DNA from: an uncultured bacterium
GTDB taxonomy: Bacteria > Hydrothermota > UBA3073 > NMUJ01 > CBEVQO01
Reading direction: 5' to 3'
Assembly: GCA_965552055.1 (NCBI GenBank)
Contig: CBEVQO010000001.1
Coordinates: 288,001-352,000, forward strand
Length of the DNA: 64,000 bases
Positions 58,687-64,000 of the stretch are shown piece after piece. Within the stretch, counting starts at the first letter, position 1. The number at the start of each line of letters is the position of its first letter. Made by a program: the position numbers and the translations under genes. The notes under the pieces are model-generated. The model did no database searches. It worked only from the letters and a program-made list of their open reading frames with translations, and had not been told where the DNA came from.

Positions 58687-59250
58687 ATGAAGGAAGAAAA
58701 AATCAAAATGATAGGACCTTTTGAAATTGAACTGAAGCCGATTGATACGCAGGGATTTATTCTGGATATAGGAGGCGGAGGCGAAGGCATAATCGGTAAA
58801 TTGAACGGCAAACAGGTTGTTGCGATTGATATAAAAGAAGAAGAGTTGCTTGAAACGAAAAACGAAGCTCTAAAAATAGTGATGGATGCAAGGAAACTGC
58901 AATTTTTACCTGAATCCTTTGATGTATGTACCGCTTTCTTCACATTCATGTATATCAAGAAAAAAGACCATTATACGGTATTCAAAGAAATAAAAAGAGT
59001 TTTGAAAAGAGATGGCAGATTTTTACTGTGGGATGTTGTGATACCCGAAAGGGAAGAAGATTATAATATCTTTGCGGTGCATCTTAAAATAAAGATTAAA
59101 AATGAAATCATTGAAACGGGTTACGGAGTGAAATGGGATGATACACAGGATATAAATCATTTTAAAGAACTTGCAAAAGAAACAAACTTTGATGTAATAA
59201 AGGAATGGCAAAAAGATGAAATATTTTATCTGGAGATGATAAAGAAGTAG
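58687..59250 (+). CDS. Class I SAM-dependent methyltransferase
   Basis: ILDIGGGGEG, MDARKL.F..ESFD, RVLK..GRF; RBS GGAGG. Confidence 0.85.
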   Translation: MKEEKIKMIGPFEIELKPIDTQGFILDIGGGGEGIIGKLNGKQVVAIDIKEEELLETKNEALKIVMDARKLQFLPESFDVCTAFFTFMYIKKKDHYTVFKEIKRVLKRDGRFLLWDVVIPEREEDYNIFAVHLKIKIKNEIIETGYGVKWDDTQDINHFKELAKETNFDVIKEWQKDEIFYLEMIKK

Positions 59251-59262
59251 AAAGGGGGTAAA

Positions 59263-61119
59263 ATGGCGTTACCTAAGTTGATACCCCGTGAGGTGCTTTT
59301 GGGACTACCCGAGGTAACAAACCCAAAGATTTCGCCCGATGGCAGGAAAATAGCGTATCTCAAGCGAACCGACGATGTGCTTAACATATGGTTGAAAGAC
59401 GAGAAAGGCGAAAGACAGTTAACTTTTGAAAAAGAAAGAAGTATAGTCAATTACATCTGGGCTGAAAACAGCAGACACATAATATACATGAAAGATTACG
59501 ATGGTGATGAAAACTGGCACATATACAGGATAGATACTTTAACAGGCAAGATAAAAGACCTTACACCTTTTGAAGGCGTCCAGGCAAGTATCCTTCGTGC
59601 TCATCCTTCAAAACCTGATGAAATACTCATACAGATGAACAAAAGAGACCCTTCGGTGCATGATGTTTATAGATTGAATCTTCAAACAGGTGAGATGAAC
59701 CTTGAAATGGAAAATCCAGGCAATTTAATGACAGCACTGGGACTACATGGCTGGGTTACAGATAGGAACTTAAAAATAAGAGCAGGACATTTTATTTGCG
59801 ATGATGGGAGCGTTGAATTAAGAATACTTGAAAAGGGTGAATGGAAGCCAGTTCTGAAATGGTCTCCAGAAGAAAGTTTATTCTCAACCTGTATTGAAGC
59901 ATTATCAGAAGATGAATTTTATATACTGGATGCGATAAATTCACCTACATACAGGATTTCTGTTTTGAATGTGAAAACAGGAGAAAAGAAAGAAGTAATA
60001 TCAGACCCTGATTATGATTGTACATGGTGGATGTTATTCCATCCTTATACTGATGAACTACTTGCTGTTTGCATTTATAAAGAAAAAGCTAATTGGGTAG
60101 CTGTCTCAGAGAAGGTAAAGGAAGACATCGAATTTCTAAATAATGAATTAAAAGGTGACTACGCCATAATCAGTCAGAACACCGATAATAATATATGGGT
60201 CATAGAATTTACAAAAGATGATACACCAACGGAATTTTATCTTTATCGAAGAGATAATAAGAAGCTGGAGTTTTTGTTCTCAACCCAGCCCGAACTTAAA
60301 AAATACACCCTTTCTAACAAAATGCCGGTATTTATACGAACAAGAGACGGCTACAAAATGTTATGTTATCTCACATTTCCTGAAGGCTTACCCAGAAAAA
60401 ATCTGCCGATGGTACTCAAAGTGCATGGTGGTCCTTGGAGCAGGGATTTTTGGAGATTTGACCCTGTGGTGCAATGGCTCGCAAATAGGGGTTATTTATG
60501 TCTGCAAGTTAATTTCCGTGGCTCAATGGGATTTGGCAAAGAGTTTCTGAACGCAGGTGATAGGGAATGGGGTGGCAAGATGCAAGACGACCTTGTTGAT
60601 TCAGTTAAATGGTGTATTGAAAATGGCTATGCAGACCCTGAAAGAATAGCAATTATGGGAGCTTCATACGGTGGATATGCTGCACTTTGCGGAGCTACAT
60701 TCACACCTGATTTATTCAAATGTGCAATCTCCGTATGTGGACCGAGCAATTTAATCACATTTTTGAAGTCAATTCCTCCTTACTGGAAAACATACTGGGC
60801 GATATTCAGGAAAAGAATAGGTGACCCCGATAAAGAAGCAGAATTCCTAAAGTCAAGGTCACCCTATTTCCATGCAGACAAAATCAAAATACCATTACTT
60901 ATAGCTCAGGGAGCAAATGACCCAAGAGTAAATAGAGAGGAGAGCGAACAAATCGTTAAAGCACTCAGAGAAAGAGGCAAAGAAGTGGAATATTTGCTTT
61001 TCGAAAACGAAGGACATGGACTTTTAATTCAGGAAAATAGATTAAAGTTTTACGAATCTGCTGAAAAATTCCTGGCAAAGCATCTTGGTGGTAGATGTGA
61101 GGAAATTCATGGGATTTAA
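59263..61119 (+). CDS. S9 family peptidase (dipeptidyl aminopeptidase/acylaminoacyl peptidase)
   Basis: VHGGPW, NFRGS.G.G, GASYGGY, QGANDPRV, EGHG. Confidence 0.93.
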   Translation: MALPKLIPREVLLGLPEVTNPKISPDGRKIAYLKRTDDVLNIWLKDEKGERQLTFEKERSIVNYIWAENSRHIIYMKDYDGDENWHIYRIDTLTGKIKDLTPFEGVQASILRAHPSKPDEILIQMNKRDPSVHDVYRLNLQTGEMNLEMENPGNLMTALGLHGWVTDRNLKIRAGHFICDDGSVELRILEKGEWKPVLKWSPEESLFSTCIEALSEDEFYILDAINSPTYRISVLNVKTGEKKEVISDPDYDCTWWMLFHPYTDELLAVCIYKEKANWVAVSEKVKEDIEFLNNELKGDYAIISQNTDNNIWVIEFTKDDTPTEFYLYRRDNKKLEFLFSTQPELKKYTLSNKMPVFIRTRDGYKMLCYLTFPEGLPRKNLPMVLKVHGGPWSRDFWRFDPVVQWLANRGYLCLQVNFRGSMGFGKEFLNAGDREWGGKMQDDLVDSVKWCIENGYADPERIAIMGASYGGYAALCGATFTPDLFKCAISVCGPSNLITFLKSIPPYWKTYWAIFRKRIGDPDKEAEFLKSRSPYFHADKIKIPLLIAQGANDPRVNREESEQIVKALRERGKEVEYLLFENEGHGLLIQENRLKFYESAEKFLAKHLGGRCEEIHGI

Positions 61120-61759
61120 AGATTATGTAGATTCTTCAAAAGAGCTTATTGATTTTGTGGATAAGGTGAAGAGTTTATCGCCCAATAATATTGATGTTGC
61201 CCAATATATATTTGATTTTGTAAAAGAAATTAAGTGGGGTGCTTCTCCAATTTACAAAGCTTCTCAAGCCTTTCGTAAAAGGAATAGACCCCAGATATGC
61301 GTTTCAAAAGCTATCCTGCAGGTGGCTCTTTGCAGAATAGCTGGAATCCCAGCGAGATTTCATTGCTGGAAAATTAAGTTTTCGCAAAGTGTAGTTGATG
61401 CGATAAATGAGCTCTTATTTAAAGATTCAACTCGAAAGTTTAGGAATTTAGAGCTCTATCATGTGGCGGCTGAGGTATATTTGAACTCTTGGCTGGTCGC
61501 CGATGCAACTGTTGATAAAGCTTTACATCCGGTTTTCCCCATAAACACATGGGATGGCAAATCAAATGCTTATCAGAAAGGTTTTGAAATCATAGAAGAT
61601 TATGGAAGCTTTATTGATGTTCCGGAAATCGTATTAAAAGCAAATAAACTAAAAGTTCCATTCTACTTAAAACCATTTTCGCCACTAATAGTTTTTTTAA
61701 TAAATAGACAAATTAACAGCTTACTCGAAAAAATAAGACAGATATTATTAACAAAGTAA
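61109..61759 (+). CDS. Transglutaminase-like protein
   Basis: CVSKAIL..ALCRIAGIPAR, HVAAEVYL..W..ADAT triad pattern. Confidence 0.8.
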   Translation: MGFKDYVDSSKELIDFVDKVKSLSPNNIDVAQYIFDFVKEIKWGASPIYKASQAFRKRNRPQICVSKAILQVALCRIAGIPARFHCWKIKFSQSVVDAINELLFKDSTRKFRNLELYHVAAEVYLNSWLVADATVDKALHPVFPINTWDGKSNAYQKGFEIIEDYGSFIDVPEIVLKANKLKVPFYLKPFSPLIVFLINRQINSLLEKIRQILLTK

Positions 61760-61860
61760 CATCATGGTGTGGATCATAATCGACTGGGATATATCGCACA
61801 AATTTGACAGGGAAAATACAACTTTCCTAATTTCATTCCATACTTCAAAAATCAAAGAAG

Positions 61861-62588
61861 ATGTATAAATCCAAATATTCTTGGAATATCTTATGGAAAT
61901 GGCAGTGGTTTACAAGGGAAATATGGATTAAAAAATACTGGATAGAAACAGAAAGAGCAGTTAAGCCAATTTTAAAGATACTGCAAAAACTAAATGTAGA
62001 ATATCTACTCGATGCCACATGTGGCTTGGGATTCAAAACAATATTATTCGCAAAGGCAGGTTATAAGGTAGCAGGTAGCGATTACAGTGAAATTGCAATA
62101 AAATACGCAAAGAAATTAGCAAAGGAAGAAAAAGTAAATATTCAATTTTTTGTTTCGGAATTTCATAAATTACCACAAAATACAGAAGAAAAATACGATT
62201 GCGTATATACTGACTATTTCGATGAATTGCCAACTTATAAAGAGCTCTTATCATCCGCAAAAGGAATATATTCGGTTTTAAAATAAAATGGCAAATTTAT
62301 ATTCTCTGCTCCTTCTCCTGAGATAAAGAAAGAAGACCTCAAAAATATTATAGAAAAGGTCTATGAAAAGCGAAAGGTTATCGTTTATCCTTCTGTAAAG
62401 AAAAAGCAAAAAGAGGTTATGTTATAAAAAATGGCAAAAGAATAGGTGTGGAAATAGCTTCTATAATGAATTCAAGAATCAAATGGACTTTTGATGATTT
62501 TGTTAAAATATTGAAAGAAGTGGGATTCAGCAAAATACAAACGAAAAAGCGAGCAAAAGATGAGGTATTTGTTATAGCAATAAAATGA
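61861..62588 (+). pseudogene. Class I methyltransferase pseudogene
   Basis: LLDATCGLG motif; in-frame TAA at 62284 within VLK*NGKFIF; further frame change near 62415. Confidence 0.7.
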
Positions 62589-62709
62589 GGACTGAAAAAT
62601 AGTTTATATGATATAAGCTTGTAGAAATGAGTCAGGTAATTTTTATAAATATAAAAGAACTTTTTATCTCGCAATATACGATACCATTCACAATGATACT
62701 TTAAAATAT

Positions 62710-63351
62710 TTGGTCACGAATATCGTTTACGAAAAATATGATGATATAGACACAATATCGAGCTGGTTTTCAAGCTGGTCTTGCTACAAAATTCTTCGCA
62801 CAATTTATGGAGAAAATGATACTTCCACCGAGATTTGGTGGTATTCTCAAACTGAAACTGCTTTGCTATGGATTGCTTACACATTAAATTATAAAGATAT
62901 TCCGAAAGTGAAAAGCAAAATAAAATTTTGTATAGGTAAAAAGATTTTTAGCTCACTTGAAGAGCTTTCATCCTATCTTTATTTTCTTAGACATGGCATT
63001 ATGTTTCGAAAATCGGATACTATTTTGTGGTCTCCTCCTAAAAAATTGTTTGCCCTGCCTTTGAAAATAGGAGTCCAATGGATTGCGATGACAGATCCAT
63101 GGCTCGAAGGGAGGAAAGTAATAGCAAAAGAAAATGTAAATGTGCCTGCCGGTAAATTTCTTTGTTTAAAAATACAGATTAACTCTGAATGGATGCAAGA
63201 AAAAGATTCATGGTATTTATGGGTCAAGAATATAGGAATTATAAAAGACTCCTTGCATTTCGGGGTAGAAGCATACGATACTTCGGGAAATCTCATAGGT
63301 CACGGTGAAGGATATGATGTATATAATCTCGAAGATTATCACATTGAATAG
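62710..63351 (+). CDS. Hypothetical protein (possibly 5' truncated)
   Basis: 213-aa ORF with LPLKIG..W, VPAGKF.C, W...IGIIK pattern of exported beta-rich proteins. Confidence 0.55.
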   Translation: MVTNIVYEKYDDIDTISSWFSSWSCYKILRTIYGENDTSTEIWWYSQTETALLWIAYTLNYKDIPKVKSKIKFCIGKKIFSSLEELSSYLYFLRHGIMFRKSDTILWSPPKKLFALPLKIGVQWIAMTDPWLEGRKVIAKENVNVPAGKFLCLKIQINSEWMQEKDSWYLWVKNIGIIKDSLHFGVEAYDTSGNLIGHGEGYDVYNLEDYHIE

Positions 63352-63405
63352 AAAAAATGATAAAACAAAAACTTGACAATATGAGAAAATAATTACATTA
63401 ATCAA

Positions 63406-64000
63406 ATGAAAACCATAATTCTCAAAAATCCCTGTAAAAAACTTGTTAATGTATTAATAGGTATAAAAGTCGGCTGGAGACATGAACCAGAAGGTAAAAA
63501 AGGCATTAGCCATTTTACAGAGCACCTCATATTCGAAGGAAACGAAAATTATCCAGAGCCCGATAATTTTGCAAAAAGTTATGGGATAGAAATCGATGGA
63601 ATGACTCTTTTTGAAAACACACTTTTCTATTTCACAGCAAAAAAGGAAAACTGGAAAGATATTTTTGAAATGCTTTTATCAATTATTTTTTATCCTTCCC
63701 TATCAAAGAAATTTAAAGAAATCAAAGAAAATGAAATACTAACAGCGATAATTCAGGAGTCAGATTATACTCCATGGGAACTCGCATACGAATGGGCGCA
63801 TAATCTTGTATTTGAAACGGATTTCAGAAAAAGTCTGGGAACAAAAGAAAATCTTAACTTAATCGAAGTTAATGATGTGAAAGAGTGGCATAAAAAATAT
63901 TATCACACAGAAAATAGTTTTATCGTTGTAAATGGTGATGTAGAAAAAGAAGAAGTTAAAAATCTAATATCAAAAATGAACTTACCGGATAAAGGAGAGA
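63406..64000 (+). CDS. M16 (insulinase/pitrilysin) family peptidase, 3' truncated by window edge
   Basis: Frame from ATG 63406 contains GISHFTEHLIFEG (HxxEH); TTGACA-N15-TACATT upstream. Confidence 0.85.
   Translation, partial: MKTIILKNPCKKLVNVLIGIKVGWRHEPEGKKGISHFTEHLIFEGNENYPEPDNFAKSYGIEIDGMTLFENTLFYFTAKKENWKDIFEMLLSIIFYPSLSKKFKEIKENEILTAIIQESDYTPWELAYEWAHNLVFETDFRKSLGTKENLNLIEVNDVKEWHKKYYHTENSFIVVNGDVEKEEVKNLISKMNLPDKGE

Noticed and set aside
324..63405. Numerous 60-200 aa ORFs antisense to or nested in long genes
   Set aside because: Shadow ORFs with no motifs or RBS, explained by codon bias of the real genes
52803..64000. Integron cassette array
   Set aside because: Genes are co-oriented but I found no repeated attC-like sites or integrase

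Overview
AT-rich bacterial chromosomal window from a diderm (BamA, outer-membrane barrel, C-terminal secretion-type domain). The K/E-rich proteins suggest a thermophile, possibly WOR-3/FCB-related (inference only). The left and middle parts hold housekeeping genes (mutS, queA, speD/speE, map, obgE, sucC, mltG, bamA, tsaD) mixed with accessory modules: two deleted toxin-antitoxin pairs, a transport operon, two AmmeMemoRadiSam radical SAM paralogues and a CDP-glycerol-phosphate trio. The main feature is a type III-A CRISPR-Cas operon (39169-49558, minus strand). Its Cas10 has lost the HD motif but keeps GGDD, and csm2-5 are followed by a translationally coupled four-gene cassette. The cassette encodes a Csm6-like CARF-HEPN protein, two small coiled-coil proteins and an 897-aa protein (membrane anchor, coiled coil, tandem ribosomal-S1-like OB folds, second Csm6-like CARF-HEPN module). 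I do not recognise this architecture as a described effector, and it is the best candidate for a new system. The adjacent array has 38 repeats and 37 spacers, is read on the minus strand, and shows a single-base repeat switch in the 12 newest repeats. tRNA-Phe and tRNA-Thr follow, then a same-strand accessory tract with several pseudogenes. Window-wide signals: sigma70-like promoters with 15-nt spacing, many apparently leaderless genes, and very short N-terminal hydrophobic leaders. All calls come from reading the sequence and recognising motifs; no database searches were run.
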